A stretch of DNA of 63,364 nt, the filler included, from Circinaria calcarea (taxonomy: Eukaryota), in NCBI GenBank assembly GCA_051942165.1. It is 55 parts of 55 records of this genome, joined end to end, with 100 filler letters (N's around TTAATTAATTAA, not from the genome) between each part and the next. Parts side by side here need not be neighbours in the genome. Positions count along the whole stretch, not along the records: positions 25,570 to 26,626 come from JAVECS010005404.1; positions 26,727 to 27,782 come from JAVECS010005405.1; positions 27,883 to 28,938 come from JAVECS010005406.1; positions 29,039 to 30,094 come from JAVECS010005407.1; positions 30,195 to 31,249 come from JAVECS010005408.1; positions 31,350 to 32,404 come from JAVECS010005409.1; positions 32,505 to 33,559 come from JAVECS010005410.1; positions 33,660 to 34,714 come from JAVECS010005411.1; 47 more parts are not named here. One strand, written 5' to 3'. Within the stretch, counting starts at the first letter, position 1; the number at the start of each line of letters is the position of its first letter. The notes below the pieces were generated by a model. The model did not search any database and was not told the DNA's origin. It saw nothing but the letters and a program-made list of their open reading frames with translations. Both the position numbers and the translations under genes were made by a program. Below are positions 25,845 to 38,295 of the stretch, one piece after another.

Positions 25845-27460
25845 GTGGGTTATGTGAGCACAATACAGTAGGCGTAGGGAGGATGCGATGCAGCGGCGTT
25901 CGGGTCTTGGATGTTTAGGATGATACCATGCAGGTTAAGGTAGTCGATGGCAACCAGTTTAGACTATGCAATGAATACCCTTCTATTGTCTGGAGAAATG
26001 GGTGGGGGCTCGAAATGTTGAATATATAGTGCGAATCGGTATTCATCATTGCTACTACTAAAGAAACTAGAATACATTGTGGGGAATGCGAGAAATTTAC
26101 GCCTGTATTGTAAAATCTTCCCTGCCCCTGAACCATACCCAGTACAGTATTTGCCACGGTTGCATGCATGCCGAATGACCGTATAGTATTTCGCTCAAGT
26201 AATCTTCTCATGATCACTATTCGTAATCGCCTAATCGCAATACGAAAAGGGAAAGTAAGCCAGAGAAAGATTCGCATACGTGACTGTAATAGAGGCATAG
26301 GGCTGGCAGTTGGAGATGGTCTATGCGCACGTGGAAGGTCCGTCCTGCTGATTGGCCAATGGCTTTTGGGATTCGAGCCTTCTGCACTCGGGACATTCTA
26401 CTTACCATAGTACATGCAGCATTGAGGATGATGTCAAAACTCCGTCGATGCTCATGCGGGGCGTGTGTCTGTCCATTCATATGATATGTTAATTCCGGGT
26501 TGCAGGTGTTTGATTGTAAGATTTGACAGATCGTGGGAGTGGTATCCGCATGATTGAAATTAGAGAAGGTTGCCCTCGTCATGAAGTGTTGCTCCCCTGA
26601 TCCTTAGATGCCATCAAGACCTCCTGNNNNNNNNNNNNNNNNNNNNNNNNNNNNNNNNNNNNNNNNNNNNTTAATTAATTAANNNNNNNNNNNNNNNNNN
26701 NNNNNNNNNNNNNNNNNNNNNNNNNNTCGATGAAGCTGTCGCGGACTGATCTTTGAACTTCCATATTGTACCTCTCCCTCGGTCTGGGCAATGACAGACC
26801 TGTCCTGCTGGGGGGGTTCCTGATAATCTCTATCATTTCGAGAGCTTTCGGTTGAGTATAATCCAGACTGATCATGGCTATTGTGCAGACTATGCGGCAT
26901 ACCTATTCCTTGTTTAGATCCTAGGATGTGCGCATTGTCGGTGGTGGTCGAAGGCTTGACCACTCATGTGTAAATGAAAGCTGGCCTGGCACCGTATATT
27001 CCGCGTTTTGCACTGCAGCCAGCTTATCTATTGGCTCGTCGGGTCTTCATTCGATGAAGCGGCAGATAAGCCCTGTGGTAGGGCTGGTACATTACATCTC
27101 AGCCGGGGTCAATATAACCACAGTATGGAATCAGCATACATAAACCTAACTCTGCAAAGTACCATACATTCAATAGTAGCGACAATAATACTAGTCCAAG
27201 CCTAAGTGATGCTTTAGTAGATTATCAAGACCCTAATAGGCATGAAGGATAAATCTCACTATCCTATCTACATACAATCGATTTCCTGGTTTGGTATAGT
27301 ATGCATCCAACATGCAGGCACCTGATGCATCCTTAACGCCAAATAACATCATCCGAATGGACACAATGTCGCAACCTCTTTGATGCGAACTGAGAAATGA
27401 ACCGATACGCCACGCTTGGTCGGTACTAATTCGTGCTCGTAAAATAAAGGGCTTCCCCGG

Positions 27461-27782
27461 TTATTTAAACATTAACCGCAATGGCGACGGTTTCTTCTCC
27501 TTTCGATCCTTATCCTTGTCCCTTTCCCTTTTCTCTTTCTTCTCTTTGGAGGACTTTGAAGACTTGAAGTCTTTGCCACTGCTGGCTAGTCGAGATTCCT
27601 TCGAGGACCTTGTGTCGGAGGCATGTCGGTGTGATTTACTAATCCTTTCGTCGTTCAAGTTCAGTCTGGAAAGCGCCGCAGCTTGTGGTGTGATGAATTC
27701 GCCGTCGACACTGGTGCCAATGCTCTGCTCCTCTGCTTCCGATATTCCTCGCCTCCAACTGTTGATCCTGTCGATATCACCA
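27461..27782 (-). CDS. C-terminus of an unidentified protein with a Lys-rich tail
   Basis: Open frame from contig end to ..KEKKPSPLRLMFK*. Confidence 0.55.
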
Positions 27783-27906
27783 NNNNNNNNNNNNNNNNNN
27801 NNNNNNNNNNNNNNNNNNNNNNNNNNTTAATTAATTAANNNNNNNNNNNNNNNNNNNNNNNNNNNNNNNNNNNNNNNNNNNNAGATGGGCACCAAGCTCC
27901 GTTTCC

Positions 27907-28938
27907 GTGCGGAATAACAAATCTCCTAACACTGGCCGCTTGGGACGTCCGAAAGCAGAACCATTTGGCCATCAGCTTTACGCGGCAGCCGGCGCCATCC
28001 CGTCAGTACGCAAGGGGACACCATATCCAGCTGAAGAAGCTTACCTCTTCTCCCTCTACCACGGCCCAACGACTGCAGACGTTCTGAAATATCCACAGGA
28101 AGAAGCATCATTGACCACCATGGAGCTAGCAACCCAAAACCTGGAACGTCTCCTCTGCCCAACGAACCCAATGACCCCAGAAGCAGTCGCCGCCATCAAC
28201 CGCCTCCAGCGCCTCCATTCCATCCGGAAATCAAACACCTGGGGCCCCGACCTAATCTTCAAGGCGTTCAACGACCTAGACCTGGCCCTCTTCAATGGAA
28301 AGCTCCGAGGCCACATCCAACTCCGCTGGAAGACCGAGGAAGAATTCACCCGAGACTATCCTGGAAGAGATGACAGCTGGGCCATGACGCAGCTCAGGTA
28401 CCGGATCCGAGACCACGCGGACAAGGAATACTTTAGTTACGGCGCCGATATCAACCTCCGCTCGGCCAGGATCTTTCAGGGCCCGTTGAGGGAGAACACC
28501 ACGCGCTGGGATGAGATGTTTGGCACGCTGATCCATGAGATGACGCACGCTTATCTGCGGTTTATGACGAGGTATTCCAGTAGCCGAGAGCATCTGTGGT
28601 GCGATGCCGATCGATGCCACGGATATGGCCATGGCGAGCACTTCCGAAGGTGTCTTCGGGCAACGGACCACCGGGCCGCCAAAGTAGGGCTAAAAGGGCT
28701 ATTGGATAGCCTCAATGCCAACATACTGGAGTCGAACGACTGCACAGCGTCGGTGGACAGTAGTATATATGATGAAGGCGAATATATGAACGAGGAAGCA
28801 TTGAACGAGGCAAAGGCCATCGGGGAGGCCTGGAGAATTGGGGACATGGATGAGGCCGAGTCGAACCAGGAGGTGCTAGATGGGATGAAGGAGTTCATGA
28901 AGATGTGTCCAGGCGGGAGGTACGAAGGGAGAACGGAT
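27907..28938 (+). CDS. SprT-like zinc metalloprotease domain protein
   Basis: DLALFNGKL, TLIHEMTHAYL (HExxH), GHGEHF. Confidence 0.8.
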
Positions 28939-29255
28939 NNNNNNNNNNNNNNNNNNNNNNNNNNNNNNNNNNNNNNNNNNNNTTAATTAATTAANNNNNN
29001 NNNNNNNNNNNNNNNNNNNNNNNNNNNNNNNNNNNNNNGGGGAAAGTTTGGGGTGCTGTAAGATTTGAGATTGAGAAATAAATACCTAGGCAGATAGATT
29101 ACCTTACCTTGCCGTGGCCGTAGCTGTTGATTGTGGCTGTGGCTGTGGCTGTGGGTGCACGTCTACATACATATACATCGGGGGTTTTAGACACGTCGCG
29201 AAATCAAGCGAGCCCCCCAATAATCCCAACGATAACTATCTTGCATATTCAAACA

Positions 29256-30094
29256 ATGTCAGTATCAGAGACGCCCTCGCAAGTTGATTATGACGCCCGC
29301 TTTAGGCAAGAAGCCCAAAATGCGTTTGACGTTGATATTAGCAATATCTCCAGCAAAGACGCCTCCAGCGAAGCCGACATGCTGGACCAATTAACTTCCA
29401 TCCAAAGCTTCAGCATTCGCTTTATCAAAGATGCCGTGCGCAAACTACCAGCTGAGTCTGCGCAGCAAGGACTTAACCGCCTGTGGCACATGTTCCTCGA
29501 GACCGCCAAGGTTTACGACGCTTTTCAGGAGAAGATTGTCTCGCTGCTATTGTGGACGAAGGAGTTCGACTTACTTTACCGAAGCCTTCACCGCACCGAG
29601 ACTGCCTCAGCGTCATGGGAGTCCTACCGCTTTGCCGACAGCTTGCAGGCGTCGTGGGAGCAGCTACTGACGACTGGCCCTGCCTCGCATCAATGCAACC
29701 TTGCCGCCTTTTCCGCCAAGGCCCTGGCGGTTGGTATCTGCCGAGATTCAATTGGCCTGACCGCGCTCTGGTACCTACGCGAAGCCCTCGAGACAGATGA
29801 CGAACCAAAAGTCATCAGTCTCCTCCCCGCGACAGTGGTCTGGCTCGAACAATGCGCTGACCATCTTCTCACCTTCTCGGCCATGAATCAGTCCTCCGAG
29901 GAGCAATCCAAGGCTCATTTATTAGCGCTCGGAGCACCGGCACAAAGGGCAGACATCGACCAGCAAGGCTTCAGCATCAAGCGATGGTTGTTCTGGAGAC
30001 GGCGGCTTCAGGAGCTCAGTCATAATGCGGATACAGCAGTGGCCGAGAAGGCCAAAAAGGGCTTCATGAGCATGATCTTCTGCGGTCGCAACCT
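29256..30094 (+). CDS. DUF3632-family fungal protein, 3' partial
   Basis: NLAAFSAK..ALWYLREALE..GFSIKRWLFWRRRLQEL. Confidence 0.75.
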
Positions 30095-31860
30095 NNNNNN
30101 NNNNNNNNNNNNNNNNNNNNNNNNNNNNNNNNNNNNNNTTAATTAATTAANNNNNNNNNNNNNNNNNNNNNNNNNNNNNNNNNNNNNNNNNNNNCTCTCT
30201 TCTCTTCTCTTCTCGTATATATCCAGTACCAAAATGCTGTGTCCCCCCCCCTCCCCCCTACCCCCTCGCATAACCAAATAGGGTAAGTTAAAATGTTCAA
30301 TAGGAGAAAAGGGGAAAGGGGAGTTCCGAAAGGAGCTAACAATGGAAATTGGGAAAAGGGAAAGGGAAACAATAGAGAGAAAACATGGGACTTCTTCTTC
30401 TGCTTTCCTCTGCTTTCTTCTTATATATAAACCAAACTCCAAACTCCGAACTCCGAACTCCGAACACGAATACGGCGATTTTGTTTGTTTTTTTATTTCT
30501 AATTTTGTTTTGTTTCTGTTTGTTTGGTGTTTTTTGCGAGGCGGCCAATAACAAACAAACAAACAAACAAACAAATAAACAAACAGGCAAGAGAGAGAGA
30601 GAGAAATTCAATAGAGCAAGAGCGAGTTCAGGCGGGAACTTTTCTCGAGAGTCGAGGCCGGAGTCAGTCTCATCCATCCATCCATTACGAACTCAAGACT
30701 CAACAAGCACGACTCAACAGTTTCAAAGGAGCAAAGAGCACAGGCCGAGCTAATAGAGCAAAAACGAGCCAAAGTATCATGAATATGGGGGGTAATGATT
30801 ACAAAATAAAATAAATCTTGGTTTTTTTTTTGGCTATGATACATAGTGACCGCGAGGGGGCGGACATACAACATTCCCGTTCCCCTACGCCGGGGGCTTT
30901 TTTTCTCTCTCCTGGTTTTCTCTACCATCGTGAACGACGTCCCAATCAGATTGTGCATATCGATATCCCCACCACCCTGCCTTTCCCCCCCCATTTCAAG
31001 CAAATGAGTTTTTAAACAAACGATATGTGGAGAATAGGCAACCCTTGGTCGCTTGTACATTGCCCCCCATACAAGCCCGTACGCAAGGAGATGATAGTTA
31101 TCGTTCGCCGTGGGAAGGGTAACAGACGAAAAGTGTCTCGCAGATCCGGTGCCCTCGACTCGCAAGCCCCCATACCGATATGTTACGGTAGTAAACACAG
31201 TAGACTCCATCGCAATGTTGTTTTAGCACCATACACCTCATATTAAAACNNNNNNNNNNNNNNNNNNNNNNNNNNNNNNNNNNNNNNNNNNNNTTAATTA
31301 ATTAANNNNNNNNNNNNNNNNNNNNNNNNNNNNNNNNNNNNNNNNNNNNATATACAGTAGATATATTAATTGCTGGATTAAATAAAAAATGAAATCCATT
31401 CCGTTTCTATTAATTATAAATACGAATAAGGAATAAACGGAATATTATTATAAAACCAAGAATATATAACTCGTAGTATAGGTAGTTTAAAATATTTAAA
31501 ATAATTTAATATTAAGAATCTGATCTCAACTGAAATAATAAATAAATATTATAATTTAATTATATATACTTAGCTAGGTTTAACGATAAATGATTGATAG
31601 ATGAGATTCTCGGAAGAACCCTAAACGCTTTTAAAATTGACCGGTATTTTAGATATCGAAAATCAATTTGGGAATAATAAATTAAGGTGCGCTGTATTTG
31701 GATGTCTGGAATCCTTCGATATTTATTCCTGGCTGTGGGCAGCTGGTAAGGGCTGGCTTTTAGAGAACCAATTATGGAGGTGGTTAATTTATAACGGTTT
31801 AATTATGCCATGGCATATGCATTACTTGTGTTCTGCGTGACTATTTCTTGCTAATTTTTA

Positions 31861-32379
31861 ATATCAACTGAGAAATTGGAGGCAGTGATGAAAGCGAAAT
31901 ATATGGACGATATGAGAGAGCTTGGTGAACTTCGAAAGCTGAAGGACCGAGAAGAAGGTTACTGAGAATTTGTAGTTGGGTCTACTGGGTGAGTCCCCAA
32001 CTCTTATTTCAGACAAAGTTCTTATTTAAGTTATGCAGTGCTAAGATCACTATCCCTGACGCTTTGCAACATTTGCATCACTTTTGCAACACCTTACCAT
32101 CAACACCGTACGCCGAACTAGCCCCAGTCTTCACTTTCAAAGAATACATGGCCAGTGGTAAGGTGTTATGCAAAGTCATTCTTCCTAACAGTGTTCACTC
32201 GTCGATACAAGAATTCCACAGTATCGCGATGTGGAAGACGGAAAAGTGGGCTCGTATGGACGCTGCCTTCGAAGCTTATGTTGGTCTTTATCATGCCGGT
32301 CTAGTCAATGACAACATGCTGCCATCTCCCGGATACGATGATGAAATTGCCAAATGCTTTGCTGGGGTTGCGAAGAGAC
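31861..32379 (+). pseudogene. dcl2: Dicer-like 2 pseudogene fragment (Dicer dimerisation/dsRNA-binding fold)
   Basis: STGAKIT..LHHFCNTLP..KVILPNSV..AAFEAYVGLYHAGLVNDNMLP; in-frame TGA 31963-31965; intron 31989-32038; ends in a transposon terminus. Confidence 0.82.
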
Positions 32380-32404
32380 CAGTGTTCTCAATACCCCACC
32401 CCAC
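32380..32404. mobile_element. hAT-like terminus inserted in dcl2
   Basis: CAGTGTTCTCAATACCCCACCCCAC, 23/25 identical to 3020-3044. Confidence 0.7.
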
Positions 32405-34814
32405 NNNNNNNNNNNNNNNNNNNNNNNNNNNNNNNNNNNNNNNNNNNNTTAATTAATTAANNNNNNNNNNNNNNNNNNNNNNNNNNNNNNNNNNNNNNNN
32501 NNNNCAGAAAATGCAGCTGTTCAGCGAAGTCTCTCAAGGAGAGAGCTAGACGGTGTTCGGAGAGAAGGGTCGAGGAAAGAGCTGGATGGCGAGCATTGGA
32601 AGAGGGAACTTCCGGCGCCGAGTGAAAAGAAAACTGGTGGGGATGGTGAGATTGTGGAGGCGGAATGAGAACCACGAATCCACAAGCGGTTGCTGCTTTC
32701 AGTCTTATATCTCGTATGCAAGGAATTTATCCCGTTGCATGGACCGCCGTCCCCACGACCTATGAGGGTTCGGGAAGGAAGTCATACCGCTCGCTTTGAC
32801 GAAGGAAATAGCACCGCCAAGACAGAATTCAGGGAAAGAATCAACTGACTTAAAGATATCGAATCCAGCAACCAGCTCCAGCGCAAAACAAACTCAAGCA
32901 GAGTGCCAGGTTCGCACGGGAACCCGACCAGAATCAGAAAGATATCAGAGCAACCAGCCAAACTCCGTGCGGGAAACTGCTGAAACAGACAGACAGTCCG
33001 AACTAATCGGTACGGCAAATTTAGGGCTGCGCCTCGCAATTAGTCCTGGCCACGGGCTCCACTGTGGAATAATATTCCTGCGCCCATTGGCAAGCACCCT
33101 CTATGAAATTCACACAACTCCACCACTGAATTTACATCGGAAAAGGTACCATGCCTCCGCGTCCCGCAATCCCTTACATCACAGGTCACTCACCCGAGCC
33201 ACACTATCCTACCGAACCCTCCCCTCTAGGCGTCCAAATTAAAGGGATGAGTTACTGGACGAAACGAGAGGTTAGCGAACGGGGAATTTTCGTCAGCAAG
33301 GCCGAGGAAAGGAGATGATTTCTTCGAAGGCATGGGGTTTTCTGAAAGTTCTGTGGCGAGGTGTTGGGGAAACGGGGGTGAGTGAGATGAGAAGCTGGAA
33401 GATGAAAGGTTGAGATTTAAAAAGCACAGATATAGAAAGTGAAAACTTACTCACTCCACCCATTCTAACCCGAATTCAAACCAATTCATACTTTGCCCCT
33501 TAATCTCAATCGATATCGTCCTCTTGCCGTTTTCCCCCCTCCCCCGTCCGCTCCCATCTNNNNNNNNNNNNNNNNNNNNNNNNNNNNNNNNNNNNNNNNN
33601 NNNTTAATTAATTAANNNNNNNNNNNNNNNNNNNNNNNNNNNNNNNNNNNNNNNNNNNNCGTTTTAACATAAAACTTCCTACAGTCCTTTTGCTGCGCTC
33701 TCTCCGATACCGCCACCGAAGTCCTCGCCCTGGGCTGTCCCCATCTCACCCACCTGAATCTCTCGTTTTGTGGCTCCGCCGTCTCAGACTCCTCCCTCCG
33801 TTCCATCGGCCTGCACCTTCTTGAACTCCGTCAGCTCTCGGTGAGAGGCTGTGTTCGAGTGACCGGGGTAGGCGTTGAGAGTGTGGTGGAAGGGTGTTTG
33901 AAACTGGAGAGATTTGATGTGAGTCAGTGTAAGAATCTGCAAGGCTGGCTCGGGAGTGGAGGTATAGGACGCGTGCGCAGGGGAGTGGAGTTTGAAATTC
34001 TGAAGGGTGGGATGGGGTAGCAAGAGGGACGGGGTGACGGATCGAAGGATGCGAGCGTTCAAGCAGGGAGGCATTGGGAAGGAGACTGGGGATGGGAAAT
34101 TATGAAGCTTTTGATAGCATTTACACCACGTTAGGGGTACATTGGGAGTACGGGCGTCCTTTTCGAGGGGATGGTTGGCATCGGGGATCTAGAGATACCA
34201 TTTGTCCGTTTCTGAATTTTCAAAGACACGCCTGCCTGCGAGAGGATTAAAGGAATTGGGAATATCGAGTTATGAGGGTTACATCGATCTGAGTACAAAC
34301 ATTTGCTACATGAGGTTGGGGGCTGATCAGAGCAACCAGTCCAGAATACCTAATGGCGTACACAAAAAATTTGGACTTTCTTCAACCGTGTCGTGTCTTC
34401 CTCGAAGTAAAACATTTAACCCCCCATCGCAAGCAACCGATCGCTGCTGTGAAAATCAAAATCTCTCCTCGTGGTAAGCCCAGGCGGGGTGGATAGGGAT
34501 CGAAAGAAATTTTCGTATGCTTTTTGAACATTTTCAGAATTTAATTTCCCTGGGGGGGGAATCGCTGTACCATAACTGCGTTTTTCTAAACTACTCTCTC
34601 TAGAAAAAAATCGACTGTTCCACCGGCGGATCTCTGCGGAAATTGCACCCAGATTTGATTTTTTCTTGTCTCCGATTGGTGAAACTTAACCATTTGACAG
34701 CTTAGCTATCAAGANNNNNNNNNNNNNNNNNNNNNNNNNNNNNNNNNNNNNNNNNNNNTTAATTAATTAANNNNNNNNNNNNNNNNNNNNNNNNNNNNNN
34801 NNNNNNNNNNNNNN

Positions 34815-35570
34815 GTTGGCTACGCTCGTCTGGCCACTTGCGCTGCTCAGTGTGAACTTTGGAACCGCATGCAAGGGACAGGGCACTCTTTCTCACCTTC
34901 CACCGAGGAACTCCCAAGAAAAGATGAAAGCTCCAATGTAAGCTCCGATGAAAATACAAATGATTATGTAGCCATTGTAGTACATAGCTAGCCTGAGAGC
35001 CCGATTAGAACGGATTCCATTCGTAGATGACGGTGTAGGACTCACAGCATGATGAAGTACGCAACAGCGAATTGAACCATATGCAAGAGAGCCCTGATAG
35101 CCTGCTGAAGCATGGACGGCTTGAAAGCACCTACTCCTACCTCCCCGATCGCGATTTGGGTTGCATCTTTGGACGTCGAGAGAATTCGCTGATTGAGGCC
35201 CTGATGTGTTCTCACCAGATAGCGATCATATTCCTTGCCGAGACGACGTAGGAACTCGAGGGATATGACGAGGCAAATGACTCCGATACAGCTGCCAGCG
35301 AACATGCCTGGAGAGGTGACACGCCACGACCTTGCGATAAAGCACGAGTCAACCGTGTACCAGTTCCACAACATCTATGCATATATGGCGATTAGCTCCT
35401 TGACCTGTTCAACAATCCGATACGTGGGTTACAAATATGTTCATTCCACTTACAGAGATCTTGCAGGAGCTATCTCCGCCCATACTCATGCTCATTGCAG
35501 AGGTTGTTGTCGCCGCCGCCGCAGCAGTACCGGTTGCGCCCATAGCCATCGTTGAGGATGCCATATCCAT
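34815..35570 (-). CDS. Ctr copper transporter (Ctr3-like), nearly complete
   Basis: Met-rich N-terminus, CKIS|MLWNWYT, YFIML|LAMYYNG (MxxxM). Confidence 0.93.
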
Positions 35571-36150
35571 AATGCCGGCGAGAATACAGTAGTAAAACTG
35601 CGATGCAAGTTGTAAATTGTCTCTGTCGGATCGCCGCGAGAAGAATTTCACCTTTGCTTCTTACTGCACTACGCGGAGGAGTACACTCTATTTAAGTCCC
35701 GGTACGTGATGGCAATACAGTGACGAGCAGTAACAGGGAGGGAGAACATGAGGCAGGGGTGCATATGATGGTGAGTGGCCATCTGAGTAGGCAAGAAGAA
35801 AAACCATTGTCTTGGTTTACCGTCAACCCGTGTGTTTACATTCACCTTACAAGGGGGCAAGGCACGCCANNNNNNNNNNNNNNNNNNNNNNNNNNNNNNN
35901 NNNNNNNNNNNNNTTAATTAATTAANNNNNNNNNNNNNNNNNNNNNNNNNNNNNNNNNNNNNNNNNNNNCCGGTTGATAGAAGGGTTTACTCATAGAATT
36001 TAAATTATGCCTTTCCCCAATTCACATGCTGGTTCACTGGTGATATGGCTTTCTATATAAACTGGGACTGAAAATTGACGTGGCGTTGCAGGGTTTTCAT
36101 CTAAATTGTGAAATTGACAATGTCCCAAAAAAAAGGCGATAGATTTCCCC

Positions 36151-37021
36151 TTAGCTCGGACCCGGTGTACTGGACGCCCTGCCTTCACCCTCGATTCGGT
36201 TTTTCCGTTTCTTCTTCTTCTTCGGCACCACGGCTGGTTTCCCGCCATATTCTCCCAGTCGGAGATGCGTGCCGCATGTGAGGCAGATTGCGCCTTCGGG
36301 CGGGGAGCAGAAGACTGGTTCATCGGGTCAGGCCCTCAAACTGTGAGACACGTAGGTGGGAGATTGAAAAGGAGGACAAGGGTACATACTGCTCAGACAG
36401 ATACTGCACACGAACCCAACGTCCACGACCCTCCTGTGGCAGAAACACGCCGCGCGGAAATCCACTCCCACCTGCGTCGGACTGATCAAGCTCCTCCGAC
36501 TGGTCTGGTCCGGCAGGAAAGCCATCATCAGGTACTGCAGCAGTCCCTGCGGGTTCTCGAGCTTGATGTATGTTCCGTGCGTGGCGTCCGAGGCTTGCTG
36601 GAGGAAAACAGTGTCGCCGGCGATCTTGCAGATATCGATTGGGATGCCAAGGCGCTGGGATGCGAAGATACAGTTCATCAGTGGGATATACTGTGCTGCG
36701 AGGTCGCCGCTGACGGAGAGGATCAGGATGCGGGATTGGAGGGCTGGAGGGCTGACGTGCTCGATGCCGTCGTTTCCGCCAGGGTTTGCGGGGCCTACGG
36801 TTCCTGGGACGGAGGACGCGGAGGAGAGGAGGGTGGATTGCTTGTTTATATAGGTTAGGGCTAGGGTGAGGGCGCCGGCTATGGAGGTCGTGGGGGTCTG
36901 GGAGAGGGAGGCGGGTGTGGTGGTTGTGAGGAGCGTCGAGAGGAAGGAGCGAAGAGTTTCAGATATGAGGCGGAAGGGACGGTATACATTGGCGTCGTCG
37001 GTGGGGTGGGAGGTCTTGGAG
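36151..37021 (-). CDS. TFB4: TFIIH subunit Tfb4/p34, 5' partial
   Basis: VFLQQASDATHG..VDFRAACFCH..GFVCSICLS|IFC..CLTC. Confidence 0.95.
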
Positions 37022-37121
37022 NNNNNNNNNNNNNNNNNNNNNNNNNNNNNNNNNNNNNNNNNNNNTTAATTAATTAANNNNNNNNNNNNNNNNNNNNNNN
37101 NNNNNNNNNNNNNNNNNNNNN

Positions 37122-37668
37122 TATTAATATAAGCTTCTATTAACGGAATTCTATTAAAACTTGCGGGTGCAATTAAAATTAAGGATTTTATATAAAATTC
37201 GTATAGGATTCGTATAATAGAAGAATATATATTATATTTTCCACCATCATTTTTATAATTAATTATTATATTTTTTATGTTATAGATTTTAGTAAATAAA
37301 ACGGTATTTGAAAATATTTATTCAGCGTATTAATATAAGCTTTTATATACGAAATTCCGTTGAAATTTGAAAGAGATATTAGAGCTGGGGATTCCATGTA
37401 GTTTTCGCGTAGTATTTATATAGTGGAAGAGCGCATATTATATTTCTCCACCATCATTTTCATAATTAAATATAATTTTTTCTACACTACCGATTTAAAT
37501 AAATGAAACGGCATTTGAATGCGCTGAATAAGTAAATTAATCTAAACTTCTATGCACGGAATTCTATTGAAATTCGAAAAAGAAATTGGAGCTGGGGATT
37601 TTTTGTTATACCCCGCGGTAGCGAAGCCTACCTCCCGAGCGAGCGCCAGCGAGAGAGGGAACACCTAG
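37122..37668 (+). mobile_element. AT-rich ~207-bp tandem repeats ending in a putative Helitron 3' terminus
   Basis: About 2.5 diverged copies; GC-rich imperfect hairpin then GGGAACACCTAG|T. Confidence 0.55.
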
Positions 37669-37946
37669 TATAATATAAAATAATATTAAATATAAAATTA
37701 TGCGACGTTAAACTTAGAAAAATTAAGTTTAATAAAATAAAAAACTAGGTTTAATAAAGTAAAAAACTAGGCTTAATCGAGCGAAAAATTAAACTCTTTT
37801 AAGCTAATTTTAAGGCCAGAGTGAGAATACCGTAGAATTTTGGTTCAATTCGGAAAATCTCCCGCCGAAGTTAAACCCTTCTATTTCGTTTCACTTCGTT
37901 TCAGGGCAAAGATTCGAGAAAGTATAAATTAAGAAAAAAAGTCGTG

Positions 37947-38166
37947 TGTAAGGATCCTCTACGAATAGTATAATAATCTTACGATAAGGGTCGGTAAATT
38001 GTGTGATAATGAGCTCAATAGGTTCGCATAAACGTATGAATTATTGCTAAAGAATTCTGGTGTAACGCTTCGCGAAGAAAACCTTTCTCGCTAAGCTAAC
38101 ACCTCGTGACCTCGGTGTATAATTCACCCGTAGGGTTCGTAGGGGTTCTCGGGTAGAGCCCTTACA
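37947..38166 (-). mobile_element. Solo LTR, family A, with 5-bp TSD
   Basis: TGTAAGG..CCTTACA flanked by TCGTG on both sides. Confidence 0.92.
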
Positions 38167-38295
38167 TCGTGGGNNNNNNNNNNNNNNNNNNNNNNNNNNN
38201 NNNNNNNNNNNNNNNNNTTAATTAATTAANNNNNNNNNNNNNNNNNNNNNNNNNNNNNNNNNNNNNNNNNNNNTATAAAAATAATATAAAAAAAA

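Noticed and set aside
30143..31249. Several ORFs in a microsatellite-rich contig
   Set aside because: Low complexity, no recognisable motif; likely intergenic or UTR
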